A stretch of DNA of 64,000 nucleotides from Octopus bimaculoides (taxonomy: Eukaryota). The DNA lies in contig NC_068995.1 of the NCBI RefSeq assembly GCF_001194135.2, positions 1,046,906 to 1,110,905 on the forward strand. The letters run 5' to 3'. This document shows positions 22,197 to 36,900 of this stretch, piece after piece (position 1 is the first letter of the stretch; every line of letters begins with the position of its first letter). Made by a program: the position numbers and the translations under genes. Under the pieces are notes generated by a model, which was not told the origin of the DNA, did no database searches, and was given only the letters and a program-made list of their open reading frames with translations.

Positions 22197-22545
22197 TCAA
22201 AATAAAAGAGTGGGAGCAGAAATACTGCCTTGCTTAACTTCAATGTCAATCAGAACTGTTTTAGTGCAATCAAACATAGTGACAAACGATGGTAGGAACT
22301 TGACTTTTCCAGGGATTTTCCACAGGGCACATCTGTTAACTGTATCAAAAGCTTTCTTTAAATCAACAAAGACTTGATATAAAGGTATCTGCAGTTCAGT
22401 ACATTTCTCTTGGGTCTGTCTTGCAGAGAGTACCATGTCCATTGTTCCTCTACCTCATCTAAAGCCATTTTGGGATTTAGGGATGATATCTTCCATCAGC
22501 TTATTCAACAAAAATCTAGCAACCACTTTGCCAACAGCTTCCAGG
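22197..22545 (-). mobile_element. RTE-clade LINE reverse-transcriptase fragment in CDC34 intron 3
   Basis: Reads AVGKVVARFLLNKLMEDIIPKSQNGF..GTMDMVLSARQTQEKCTELQIPLYQVFVDLKKAFDTVNRCALWKI. Confidence 0.85.
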
Positions 22546-23483
22546 TGTGATGAATGGATAGACTAATTGACTGATTCACACACACACACAATTAGTGGAC
22601 TTGAACAGTAATGCTTAACTGGCATCATTAACTGACATCAGAAATGGGTGGATACCCAGTGGCTAAGAGCACTATAGAAATAAATTACCACAATACACAA
22701 TTCAATAAGTTAAATCATTTGTGAGAGGGGAGGGGAAGCTTCAAATACTTGACCTTCACTTTCCAACAGCATAGAGATTCTATAGGTGAAGAAGAGGAAT
22801 GCACTTGGTCAAGCAGAGTTTGGTAGTAATTATTTCAAACAAGATCTTTCTCAAGGTATTGACAACTACACACAGCTGTGAGAGAATCCCTTTCTACCAT
22901 CTAAAAAGCTATTTCAAGTCTGACATGAAGAGGGCCTGGATCACTTAAATGAAACCAGGATAATATACAAGAGATATTTATCAATGTATCAATTCACAAT
23001 ATATAATAAATATTGATTAATCACATTGTAATTAGTGTTCCATTTTGGGAGACATTCTCTCAAATAAAAAAAAAAAAACCCTACATACACTGACTGCAGT
23101 TCACTTGTTTATTGTTGACTAATTAATCAAATATTGTTTCATCAGAGTCTTTCACCACACAACTGATGATCTTTCATTATAAATTCATTTTGCAAGACAT
23201 ATAAACACCAAACACAAAACAGGAAGCAAAACTAATTGCAGATCACTGAGTGAAAGTCATTGACAATTCAATCAATAGTTGATTGATCAACTGATCAGCA
23301 ATGTAAAAGTGAACTACAACCAGTGGGTATTTGTATGTTCACTGGCACAACGACCTATCCAAAATACAACATATTTCCAACACATTGTTTCACTTCAAGA
23401 ATTGTGTAAAACAAGAACATTTTAATTTTTCAACTAAAAAGCAGTTGCTTAACACACACACACACTGAAAGAGACTTGCTTAC

Positions 23484-23581
23484 CGGACGTTCTGTGTAGG
23501 ATTCCATCTTTCAGAAGGTAACTCACCGCTCTGTGGATCATCAACAGGGGGATGTAATATAGATATGCAAACATCTCCATT
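23484..23581 (-). CDS. CDC34: CDC34 coding exon 3 (catalytic Cys and acidic loop)
   Basis: 98 nt, donor CG|GTAAGC. Reads [33 protein letters not shown]. Confidence 0.97.
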
Positions 23582-24142
23582 CTGGAACCAAGAAAAAAAA
23601 AAAGAATAGAGTTCAATACAGACAAAAACAACTGCATTAACTACTTTGAAGAGTTCAGTTTCAAGCCTTTACTTTCTGAGTTGAAACACTGCTCAGACGG
23701 ATTTTTACCAGTCACCTGTCCAATGTGACTTTAGCTGATTTGATCCCTTCTCTAAAATCCCTGGCTTTATACCTCAGTCAAGTACTAGGGTCAATAGCAT
23801 CAACTACCTTGGTATAAAAAATGGGTTTTACAGCAAACATTCTGCTCAATATCACAGATTTGCTTGTCAGTTGTTTGATCTTAACCAGTTCAGCATGTCT
23901 CTTAGTGCCAGACGATATGTGCATCTCTGATCACGAGTAGAAGTAGAGGGGGAGCATCATAGACATATTTATGAGGGAGGGGTTGGTCAATTACTTTGAC
24001 CCCACTGCTTAACTAGTAGTTATTTTATTGGACCCCAAAAGGATGAAAGGGAAAGTCTACTTCAGCAGAATTTGAACTCAAAATGTAAAACTGGAAGAGA
24101 CACTAATAAGCATTTTGTCCAATGTGCTAACAATTCTGCTGC

Positions 24143-24183
<41 letters not shown>

Positions 24184-26005
24184 TAATAATGGTTTCCAGC
24201 TTTGGACACAAGGCCAGCAGTTTTCGGGAGTGGGGCTACGTCGATTACATCAACCCCAGTATTTGATTGGTACATAATTTTTTCAACTCCAAAAGGAAGA
24301 AAGGCAACATTTACCTCAGTAGGATTTGAGCTCAGATTGTAAAGAGCCAGGAGAAATACCACTTGGCATTTTGCCTGACACGCTAATGATTCTGCCAGCT
24401 CACCAAAACAACAGCGACAATAACAACAATAATAATAATAATTGCAATGCCACAAATTATGTGAGGATGGTATGATTGATTATATTGAGCTCAGTACTTG
24501 TTTTATCAGCCCTATTGATTAGAGTCACCACTCGTACAATTGTTGTACAGAGACACAAGGTCTCTGATTTGTTCGTAATGAACAAGGCCATGCAATATTT
24601 ATGACTTTCTCAAGGTTATCAACCATACACACACACACACACTATAGACAGACAAGATAAATAAATAAAAATATTTAACCTTGCTTTAAAACCTGCAACA
24701 AAGCTAGAAATATTTTGTTATCTCAAATTAATTCATAAATTTCCTACTTCTCATATAAAATTTCATTTTCTCATTATTAAGTTATTTCTCTCATATCTCT
24801 CATTCCAATCTCCTCACCAACCATGGCTTTACACATCCTCCCAGACAAGACTTTCTTCCTGCCACTAAACAACAACAACAACAATGCTATTTTTTCCGTT
24901 ATTTTACTTTCTCCAAATATTATAAGACAGTCCAGAAATATTTGCTCCAGTATGACAGAGTGATACAACACAGTAGAATTAGAAGACTTAGATGTTTTTG
25001 CTTTATAATAACAACCGAGATGAGAGCGAGAATTCCAGTGATGATGATGATAATAATAATAATAATAATAATAATAAAAGAAGAAGAAAAAGAGGAAGAG
25101 AAGGAGAATAATAAGAAGGAGATGAAAACTAAACTAAAATAAACAGATGTTTGAATAAATGAATAAAATTCCGTTGGTTGTAGTAGGGAGGTAAAACAAA
25201 CTAAAGAAATAAGGGAATTGAAGATAAGACATTCAACCCCACCTCCCCTCCTGGGCTAAACTATTTTCTAAACATTGCACAGAAATATACTGAGATATTT
25301 CAGAAGAAGAAAAAAAAAAAATTGTATAAATTGTTCAAGATTAGGTCATGTGAAGGGGAGCGGGGGAAGGACATAAATGTGGGTAATGTTGTTTAACCTC
25401 AGGTCAATCCTGATCCAGGAGACCTATGACGAGAAGACATTCTTGCCATGACTGCCTCATCTCATAGTTAAATATATTGAGGACTATATTGTATAAGGGT
25501 CCTCCCTCTTTGGGTTGTAAGATGTAATTTCAAGGGAAGGGTGCTGTGTATGCAGGTGAGTATGTGTGGCTAGCATGCTTAAAACACTTGATAGATTCTT
25601 TAGCCATAATACTAAAAGTGATGAAGAAATTATTTGGAATGAATGTGTGTGTGTGTGTGTGTAATATATACATAAGTGTGTGTGTATGCATAGGGGTGTA
25701 TAAGTATATGCACATATGTGCATATATATATATATATGTGTGTGTGCACAAATGTGTGTTTGCATGTTCACAAGTTCTTGTGAGTGTACATGTTCACATG
25801 TATGTGAGCCTCAACACAACAACCAAAACGTCGACACTGAGACATTCATTTTCCTCAAATCTCTCTAAAGTCCCACACCAACATCTGGTGGCCACACAGA
25901 AACGGAGACTCGGGAAGTTACCACTTCATGTAATTCAATAATACTTCTTCATACACACACACACACACATAAAAAGGAAAATAGAACAAAACTTATGCCA
26001 CAAAC

Positions 26006-26092
26006 CTCATAAACATTTGGGTGCCACATTCTTGATTTAAACTGAACACTAGGAGGAGAATATGGATAATCTGAAGGAAACTTCATGTGTGC
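26006..26092 (-). CDS. CDC34: CDC34 coding exon 2 (HPN motif)
   Basis: 87 nt, acceptor ctcttccacag, donor GAG|GTTTGT. Reads AHMKFPSDYPYSPPSVQFKSRMWHPNVYE. Confidence 0.96.
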
Positions 26093-29000
26093 CTGTGGAA
26101 GAGAAACAAAAGACAAAACATTACTAATAATATCAAATGAGATAAAACATAATTTTGAAAATAAATACTAAAATATTTGGACCTCAAAATAGAAATAAGC
26201 AGGACATAGGTATGAGAATATGGTACCAAGAATGATTGGTGCACTGTGTCACCACCCTCATATTAATGCCCACTTTACCCATGTGTGCATAAGCTGGGGT
26301 TTATTAAGGCAGATGTTCTACAGCCAGATACCTTTTTTGTCACCAATCCTCACCTGTTTCCAAACAAGGTAATATTTTACCCATGGCTGAACATGTTTTC
26401 ACAGAATTGAATGACACTGCTTGTAGGACAGTGACACTCATTTACAACAATCATTTGATGTCAAGACAAGACAACACTAGCATACAAACAATAGGCTTCT
26501 TTCAGTCTCTGTCTACCAAATCTACCAGTCAGAGGCTTTAGTAGAAAACACTTAACCAAGGTATCACACAGTGGAACTGAACCCAGAACCGTGTGGTTGG
26601 GAAGCAAACACCTTAACGACAGAGCCCCACCTGCCCATCTGTAGTCACAATTACAACTCTACAGCCATACTTGCCCCTGGATAATAAAGAATCTGATCAA
26701 ACGTGTAGAAACCCCAGCAAGGATTACAACATTCTACACAGCAGAAATAAACTCTGCAAGGTCCATGGCATATTTTACAGAAAATACATTCAGTTAAAGA
26801 GCACAATTTTTGCAAGATATTCTCTGTACAAACATCTCCTAATACAACTCAACCACATGGGGGTTGCAAAGAGATCTTAACCACACCACATGCATCTATA
26901 AGAATTATTGTCCGACTAATTGATTTTAATTTAAGTACAAAGCCAGCAATTTTAAGGGAAGTGAATTAGTTGAAACGATCAACTTCAGAACATAAGTGGT
27001 GCTTTATTTTATTGATCCTGGAGGAATAAAAGGCAAAGTTAACCTCAGTATCACAACTGGTATTTATTTTATTGAACACGGTGAAGATTAGAACTTTCAA
27101 TATAAAATGGAGTCACTAAATACCACAAGGAATTTGCTCCAACACTCTCAATTTACAACCCCTAAAATAATAATTTAAAAACCAGAATTTTTTCTTGTTT
27201 TTTGATAGTTTTTTTAAATCACTGTTCAATCCTGATATATAAGCAGAAAAAATTGATTTTGTTGATTGAAAGAGTTGTGGTGTCCTTAACTGTAAAAGAA
27301 CTACTTGAATTGACAAGATGATGAGATCTTACTTCAGATATACCAATTAATGACAAACTTGAAGATTAATTGCAGAGATATGTGGAATCAGAGAGAGGAC
27401 CCTAAAGAGATTTAAGTTAAGGATGATGGAGTGCACTTGTTTAGAACAAGGTTTTAAGTTGGATAAAAAGCATCAGTGTATATAAAATGGGTGTGAAAAA
27501 AATACTGGTTACAGCAAAATAGGGAAAGAGGAGGTTTAAGGAACAAAACTGTATAAACAATGAAAATCTTTATGGAATATTTTTGCCAAACTTAATCATC
27601 TCAAAGAGAAAAACCCCAAGCACTAGTCGTATACACAATTTTCCTAGTGGGCAACAACTTAGAACTCTAGAATATTCTAGAGATAAAATGAACAACACAT
27701 AAAAATGATCATCAAAAAGAAAGTCAAAATTAATAGGATCTAATCTCTGAATGTGAGACAACAAAATACCACAAAACATTTGTTAGTAAACGGATTCTAC
27801 CATTTCACTGCCTTCAGTTAATTAGAAAAAAAAAATATTTCCCATGTTTCCACAAATATACAAGAGGAAGGAAGAGACATAGTTTATTGAGCTCCAGCCC
27901 AGAAGATTTGAGTCCAGAAATGCAAAGGAGCTAAATTAAAAAGTATAAGATATTAAGTGCAATATTCCACTGCTTCTACAAAACCACAATGATCCTCATG
28001 GGGAAATTTTTACGATACTGGGGTCCATATAATCCACTTCTCTCCTCCACTAAACTCCAGGCCTTCTACCTATGTTAGTAGGTTTGAATTATCATCATCA
28101 TCATCATTATTAACCTTTAAGATGGTGAGATGGCAAAATCGTTGGAAGTCGGTGGAACAAAATGCTTTAATGGCTTTTCTCCTGGCTTTTTACATGCTGA
28201 GTTCAAATCCTCTTGAAGTCAACATTGCCTTTCATCCCTTCAGGGTCATCAACTTGTCTGCTTCTCCAAAACTGCTGACCTTGGGCCAAAATTTGAAAGC
28301 ATTATTATTAACGATATCATTTTCATTATAATGCCATTAAATAAAGTGATTTCATAAAAAATTTTTTTTTTCATAACTAAGCAATGGTGAGAGGGACGAA
28401 GAGTGGTGGGGCATCCATCTTGATGAGCAAAAAATGATTGATTTCTTGACCTTTTAAAGCAGATGTTGCCATTGAATAGACTTGTTTTAGCTCAGCTGGG
28501 ATATACTTGCTGACCTTTCAGTTTATTGGTGCATGTGATCACAGATTATCGTTATTATTGTTATAATTATCATCATTATCATTATTATTATTAGTAAATG
28601 CTGTCAAGGACCATGCAGAAGGGGTGGGTAGAGTATGTCAAAGGTTTTTGCAATTATACAATTACTATTTTATTTTATTTGTTTATTTGCAAGAGAAGAA
28701 TGAAAGGAAGGGAGGAAGAAGAGGTATTTTCAATTAAGTTTGATAATCTTCGAGGAAACATTACAATAACATAAGTAGTTTTATTTTTAAATCTAATTGA
28801 CGAAATGAACCATTCTCATCCAATAACGATAATAATGAAATGATAGTAATAATACACAAAACTACTACTACAGTTTTACATTACATTAAACATATTCGGT
28901 CTACTTTTCTCCATCTACCTGTCTCTCTCTCTCTCTCTCTCTCATACTTCATTGTCGATGAAGTGGTTCTCCACAGAAAGAAGAGTTCAGTTTTAAAAGA

Positions 29001-29713
29001 TGAACTGACTCGAAACAATTCAACTGAATCACAGAAAAAAATCCCTGATTGCACAAACCTACATGTTCACAAACCTACATGTTCACAAAGAGAAAGATAA
29101 GCAGCAGGGGTTTGAGTGTGGGTTTGCTCATGAATAACAAAGAAGAAGAAAGAGAAATTAACAGTGTGTAATAATTACTACTACTACTACTACTATTACT
29201 ACAACTACTACCACCATGCTATTTAGTGATGTCAGTGCTGTAGAGAGATAAAAAGAAAATTATTACTCTAAATTAAGTAATAGGATAGTACTGCCATTCG
29301 ATTGAATATAACTGATCACAAACAACCAATGGTTTGACCTACTAAAATAACTCAACCTGCCAAAACAAACAAAAAAGAGAGAGCAGCCAAAATTCCCTCA
29401 AATAATACTTTAGTTTCATTGAAAAAGTAAGGACAGATTCAATAACCCTGTCATAGGTCATATATCTTCATCACCGTCATCATTATTTAATGGCCATGTT
29501 TAATTAATCTTTATTATACCCCAATACTGTATGCGGTTCAGTTTTTTTTTTAACAAATTAGTTATTTGGAAATTGATTCTTTCAATTTCAAACGTTATTT
29601 AATTTTTGTAAGGTGAGGTGGCAAAATTAATAAAACATTTCCAAAGAGTGTTGCTAGACATAAAAAAGGTTGGGAATCATTGCTCAAAATCCTTCAGCAA
29701 GTATGGAAAAGTC

Positions 29714-29762
29714 CAAACTTCCCTGATGAGGTCTTAATGAGACTGAACCATGCCAAGAGTTG
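29714..29762 (+). ncRNA. Decayed hammerhead-like motif (Penelope pLTR-like)
   Basis: CTGATGA-GGTC ttaatga GACT-GAAC-CATG-CC-AAGAGTT, followed by AATAAA. The core carries substitutions. Confidence 0.4.
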
Positions 29763-31530
29763 ACTCTCTTACTGAAATAAAATGGTATTAGACACCAAAC
29801 TTGCTTCTTCCTCACAGCTTCATCACCATTTGACAGTTTATTGCAGTAACTGTTTCAATAGACAAACATCTACAACTCTTAAGTCTGGATGAATGTGGTT
29901 GTTGAGAGTGTTCTGGCTATAGAGATACAATATAGAGGCCCCTACACAATGGTAAGATAACCATAGACTCTCCTGCCACCACCTCAGACATTGGCAGCGA
30001 AGTTCCCTGTCAACTCGTTTGGTTTGCTATGACCTTACATACCCCACTCCCATCCCTCCTGCTACATGGTCACTGAGTCCATTCAAGGCCTTCTTCATTC
30101 CAGTCTTGGAGACCTGAAAAGGGATACTGGCACTGACTTTCTTCCTCTCATTAAAGGAATGAAGGACCAAAACATCCCCCACCCCATAATGAAACGCCTA
30201 TCTCAGAACACAGATTAGATTAGTTTGTGTGCGAGAAAGAGACTACATGTGAGAGTGTATGAGTGGGTGGGGGANNNNNNNNNNTATGAGTGGGGGAGGA
30301 GGGTGTGAGTGTGTTACATCACAGCAAGCATGTGGCTCTTCCAAATCATATTCCAATCAATCCACTGATACACTATCAATGCTAATCTATAACTAATCAA
30401 TAACTAGTAATACTTGACTTACACATTAAATGTAGGTAACCTTACTGTTTAAAACCAACTTCCTCAACTTACCCTACATAATTCACAAGCAATTACAGAC
30501 AGAGATAACAGTAAAACCTACTGTTTATTGCAGTTTTTGGGGTTTTTTTTGTAATAACACCTATTTCAAGTTAAACAGACTGATTATTCTGTTATCATCA
30601 TCATCACCATCATTTAAACATCATCCAATTTTTAATGTTTGTAAGGGTCAGATTGGCATTCGTTAAAGCAGATTGTGTACGACCAGATGCCCTTCTTTCA
30701 CCAACCCTTATCTGCTTTGGTTCTTTGCTTTCAATGCTTACTCTTTAGCCATAGTCCTCCTCACTGTCAACATGTGTTACAGAGAGACAGTTGTAACTGT
30801 CCCAGCACTAAGTTATAAAATATTTATGATGATCATCATGATATACATATATATATTATACATACAACAACTGTCACCGACCGCATGTTTCATACAAATA
30901 CTGTAACCAAGATTTAAAAGTGCTTAAAACTAAATAACAAACATTGTATTCTGCCCGCTGGACAAGACACTCTTCTCCTTCGTCCATGTTGTGAGCAAGT
31001 GCATACAAATTTGAAAAAGAAAAAGCTTTTTAACAATTCAAATGCAAATAGCCAAATTAATCAGTTAAGTAGTCCTAGACACACCAGCAGGAAAAATTTA
31101 CAAAGAAATTTGTTTTGTTTTTTCTTTTCTCATTAGCTAAAAAGTGAAAAAAAAAAAAAAAAGAAATTCTAAGTCGAAACAACATTTCTTTATCTCTTTG
31201 GTAACCAGATTTCTAATGAAATAAACTAAAGTATCATATTTTGGTGTTAAGACAAGTTGGCTGGTGAGGTTGTGTTGTGAAAAAACACAATTAAGGTATT
31301 TCATTTATTATTGTTAAGGGGATGAGTTGACAGAACTGTTGGGGCATTGGTAAAACAATTTCTTACAGTTTTTCTTCCAACATTTATATTCTGAGTTCAA
31401 ATCTTGCCAAAGTAAAACTTTGCTTTTCATCCTTCTGGGGCAGATAAAATAGAATGCCAGTTGAGCAGTGAGGGCAATCGACTAGCACTCTCCCCTCAAA
31501 ACTGCTGCCCTTGCACCTTAATTAGTAACA

Positions 31531-31577
<47 letters not shown>

Positions 31578-31961
31578 GGCAGCAAAGTGTAAAGTCTGAA
31601 GAAATGCTGCTAATCATTTTGTCCAGTGTGCTAATGATTTTGCCATTCTGAGTTCAAATGTTACCTAAGTCGTGTCTGCCTTTCATCCCTTCAGGGTCAA
31701 TACAATAAGTACCAGTTGAGCACTGAGATCAATGTAGTTGACTAGCCTACACCCTCAAAGTTCATGGCCTTGTGCCTATAGTAGAAAAGATTATTATTCA
31801 AAGGAGGAAAAGTAGGACCCATAACCTTTTGCAAGGTTTCTGTGATATGACCAGCAGAGAGAACAAAACCATGGCTTGAATTCTCCATAAACAGGACACC
31901 TGGTCTAAATGAGTACAAAAGAGTGGACTATACTAAGTAAAGGCACCCAAGGGCCAGCCAT

Positions 31962-32061
31962 ATCATCATCGTTTAACGTCCGCTTTCCATGCTAGCATGG
32001 GTTGGACGATTTGACTGAGGACTGGTGAAACCGGATGGCAACACCAGGCTCCAATCTAATT
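31962..32061 (-). mobile_element. 5'-truncated young copy of family C
   Basis: About 92 bp identical by eye to the tail of the 63680-64000 copy. Confidence 0.85.
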
Positions 32062-33678
32062 GTAAAGGAGCTAAACAGACAGATGGATTACATCTGCTAC
32101 AAGTACAATCTATTCAACAGGTTTGTGCAGTTTTCAGCAATCCAATTTCATTGATATGGTTTCGTTGAACAAGGTAAAAGAGAAATGGTCGTGATACCAT
32201 AACTGGAACTATTTGATTGCAAAAAGAACTCAACACCAGAGCTGCAATTACCGAAAGGGGTTAAAGAGACATAACCACATTCCCTACTAAAATATTTCAA
32301 AATAAATCCTGCAACATAAAAGGCATTATGAATTTCAGAAGAATCATTCTTATTTCATGTCATCTTGAAGGCAGAGCAAGTGGGATTAACTCCCTCATCT
32401 GATCCTGATAAGCATCTAAATAATCCAAAGCTCAATTGCTTCCTTGAATCTAATCATTGTGCTGAGTCGGATTTGCTCCAAGGAATGAAAAGGCTGACAT
32501 GACCGGATTCAGTTTACTCAAACCCATCTTGATGGCAAACTCCAATGTAAAAGCAGTGAAAATATCATCTGAAAGTCAAAGAATGGTTGTTGTTGTTGCT
32601 GTTGCTGTCATTCAACCCCAAGTCAATTTTGATTGAGTAGACTTAAGATGAAAGGTGTTTCAATCACGACATCCTGCTTTTTTTAAGAACTGTTTTAAAA
32701 CTACATTATCTAATGTGTCCTTTGTGTATTTAGGTGTTGGTTTGTTTACATCAACATAACTTAGTGGTTCAGCAAAAGAAATCAATAGAACAAGTACAAG
32801 ACTTTAAAAAAAACAAAGTACTGGAAGCAATTTGTTCGACTAATACTCTTCTAGGAGGTGCCCCAGTATGGCCACAGTCCAAACACTGAAACAAGTAAAA
32901 AAACAAAAGACATACCCACTAGCTCCACCACCAAAGAGCTACTAGCTCCAGCAGCATCCTAATAAGAATCTCTTCAGCAAACAGTTTGTGATTCTGCAAC
33001 TCCCCTGGTACCTTCTCAAATGAACCAATCTCTCAACTCCTATTATCCATCAACCGAATTAGAATTTATCCAACACTAAATGCTCAGCTGATCTGCCGGC
33101 CTCTATTAACGACCACTTCTTAAATACATTAGTCTTTTACAGACATCCTCTCAACACATTGAGATGACCCTTCACATACAATTATTCCTCCATGATTAAC
33201 AGTAATTCACAATGGACACAGAGGAAAGGGGTTCCATTTCAAGCATTAATAACAGTGCTACATGAACTTTAAGTAATCACCATGCCAACTAATCAATTCC
33301 ACTTGCACATGGAGTGAAGAAGATAAATTCAATTTTACTTTGAAATTAAAAAAAGAAGAGAAAAAAAAATGGAATTTGGCTGAAATGGTAATTCACTTTG
33401 ATACCCTATTTATCACAACAATCTGCAAGACCATTTCTATACATTCTTAATTCAAACCTCTCTGAGACCACTTTTGTTTTTGTTTTTTGTTTGTTTGTTT
33501 TTTTTAATCCCTTATTAACATGGATCCCAAATAAGTGATTTTCACAAAAGTTGCCCTTACACTTCACTTAAAAACAAACAAAAAGGGGCTTCTGCAATGA
33601 AAATACCTTATTTAGAAAACAGATAAGGGTTAGTAAGTAAAATTGACAACAGGACTGTACAAAATCTGCCTCTTTAGT

Positions 33679-33901
33679 TTAACCCTTTTGTCACCATATT
33701 TCTGTTGAAATACACTAATTTCGTTTCAATTAACTTTAAAAATAATGAAGAATTTAATAAAATAACTGTCATTATTAAAGCTGGAACATAAATTGACACG
33801 GAATTTTAAAGGAAGTTTTTGATTTAGATCACTCAGAACCAGAAGTTTGCATCTTAGAACCAGGGGCTGTCTTGGGTGGATTCATACTAAAAGGGGATTA
33901 A
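33679..33901. mobile_element. piggyBac-like MITE (TTAA...CCCTT ends)
   Basis: Begins ttaacccttttg and ends actaaaaggggatta. Homologous, in the opposite orientation, to 40939-41158. Confidence 0.65.
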
Positions 33902-36900
33902 TTTAACACATGCTAAAATGGAAAAGCAGATGCAGTAGTGATGATGATGATGATGTGTAAATATTAACCATTTAATATTTAGTACAAAGTAGAAAAAAAA
34001 ACTTGCAAAAAAAATGTCAAGACTATTTTTAAGAGTGAGCTGATGTATTTATACATTGGTCAGGTCATTTTCTAATTACAAAAGCATAAAACTCCTTGTA
34101 ACTACACATGCATGTACACATCTGCGAGTGAATGCATCAAGTATTAAGAAGTGGCTGTACAGAAATATAATTAAAAAAAAGAAAAACTTGAATTAAAAAG
34201 TTAACAACTAACAATCAATGAATGGGTTAAATTAAAAAGAGAACATTCTCAACTTTGTGGGTCTTGATGTCAACTTGAAAAGAGAGAATTAAAAAAATAA
34301 CATCGTTTGAGATGTTTAGATGATAAATGATAACATTATTTTCATGACCTTCACAAAATTAACTAACGCACACGAGCATACACACAACCATGTGCACATA
34401 CACCCTAATACCCACATAAATCTCTTCTAAAAATGTCGAGTCTCACACACACAAACATTGATTGATGGTATGACAGAAATATGGAAACTGCCAGCTAGGG
34501 TAGCTGAAACGATCAGCTGGTAATTAACAGACTCTTTCTCTGGATTACAAGAAAATGGTTGAATGTGTGACCAAACGGTCTGAATATTTATTACGGGGAA
34601 TGTGTGTGGGGGGGGGGAGGTTAACATTTCTCCACTTCTTCATCCACCCAGCTATCAACATCATCATCATCATATTCATTGTCATCTAAATTACATGTAT
34701 TTCATTAAGATCCATATTAACTGTGTGTGTCCATGCAAACAAGATTTAATAAAAGTCATTACCAGAGATAAGTAATTAACACACACTTAGCCTCCTCACA
34801 ATGCCAACATATGTTGCTAACAACAACTGGAAGCAGATGAATGAATGATCATAACTTCTGACTGTTATTATTATTGTTGTTGTTTAACCCCAGGTTAGCA
34901 ACAAGCCTGCTGGATCAAAACATTCTAGCTGAAACATCCCGGTTTTGTCTTTCTTTCAGATACAACTGAAGAGAAAACCTCTAACATGGTTCTTCAACCT
35001 GCTAGTAATAGCAGCCAAATATCCTTCAAATCACATCTTGCTGTCTTTAAAGTAGGGGGAACATAATTAATGCTGCCCATGATGATGATGATGATGATGA
35101 TAGTGATAAGAGTTGTTATGCAGACAGGCATTAAGAAATGATTTGGACAATATATATATTGTGTGCTTAAGTTTATTTTCCAACCACATGGTTCCATAGC
35201 ACCTTGGGCAAGTGTCTGGCAAACAGAAACTGAAAGTAGGAGAGGGGGGAGGGGGAGGNNNNNNNNNNNNNNNNNNGGGGGAGGGAGAATGTGTGTATGT
35301 TTGTCTCTCCTTATCTTGACTGTTTGATTGTTATAACTGAATGTTAATCACTTTCAACATTCTGCTAAAACATGTCTGGCCATGGGGAAATATTACCTTG
35401 CTTGGAAACAGGTAAGGGTCAACAACAGGGAGGGCATCCAGCTGTAGAAAATCTGCCTCAAATGCTGTCTGACGCGTGCAAGCATAGCAAAGTGGATGTT
35501 AAAATTATTATTATTATCATCATTGTTATTATTATTATTATTACAAACACAAAAGATAAAGGAAAATCACAGACTTAAAGATATTTAACAAGTTAAACCA
35601 TTTCAGCCAACGTCTAGTGTAAAACTTTTAGTCTACAACTTGAAAATGGTTTTATTCTATTACTTCACCCTGAAATATCAATAATGCTTCTTGGCTGACA
35701 TCACATCACTTACATTTTTGGCTCAATATCCCTGAAATTGAGTAAAAACAATAAACTGTCTCTACAGCAGGAAGTGAGGATGTGTGTATGTGTATCAGAT
35801 AACTGTCTCATCATTGATTTTGTGCAAATGATTAAACTGGTCAGGAAAATCTGCATGAAATGCTAAAACGACAATTTCAGTTTTCATAGCTGCAGCAAGA
35901 GTGACCGAGTAAACGTGAAAAAGCAGAAAATATGATTAAACAAAACAGCTTCCTTCACTGAAGCAACAATGGACTCCTGGCTGAGAGCATCAGATCTTGG
36001 CTCTTCATGCTTGTGCTTTCTGGTGAGCTATGCCAGGGTGTGCCTTTGGGGGTAACACATACTTAACCTTCACCACTAATTAGGTCAACTAAACTATAGG
36101 AAAGGATGGGTGGGTACTGGCCTGATTGACTAAGAAGTAATTAGATAGGCAGAGAGGTACATTGGTACATAGATAGATAGGGAGGTACGATATGTACATT
36201 TGACGGCTAGTTGGGCAGGTAGAAAGGAAGGTAGGTTGGTTATAGGTTCGAGTTGAAATGTCAGCAAATCTAACCAGTTGTGGGAGAAGACTTTGAAAGT
36301 GGTTTTATTGGGAAACAAAAGTGAATAAATAAGAAACAAAAACAAAAGGAGTATCAAAGAGTATGATGGAGTACAGGTAAAGTATATAAAAACCTGTTGA
36401 CTTTTCAGTTGGAAATGTTACATAGATTTCTTTTTTTTCTTTTTCTTTTTTTATCAAAGTGAAAAGCCAAGATTTGTAAAGAGGCAGTATCATCGTTTGA
36501 ATTAACCCTTCATAAATAACTACAAACTAATGAAAGGCTCTCTACATAGTCACCCAACCAGCTAGAAATCATAGTCAATCTTCACTGAAATCATACCTGC
36601 CTATTTAAAAGAAAAAGAAAAAAAGGAAAGCTACATCAAATAATATAGTCGTCATCATTGTTGTTATTATTATTATTATTATTTAACATCCGTGTTCCAT
36701 GTTGGCATGGGTTGGACACTTTTACAGGATCCAAAAGGCCCTGAAGACTGTAGTCTAAATATCAGATGAAAGGCAAAGTTGACCTCGGCTGAATTTGAAC
36801 TCAGAGTGTAATGGCAGACGAAATACCACTAAGCATTTCACCCGGTGTGTGCACGTTTCTGCCAACTGGCCGCCTTAAAATGTTTGAAATGTCTTTTCTG

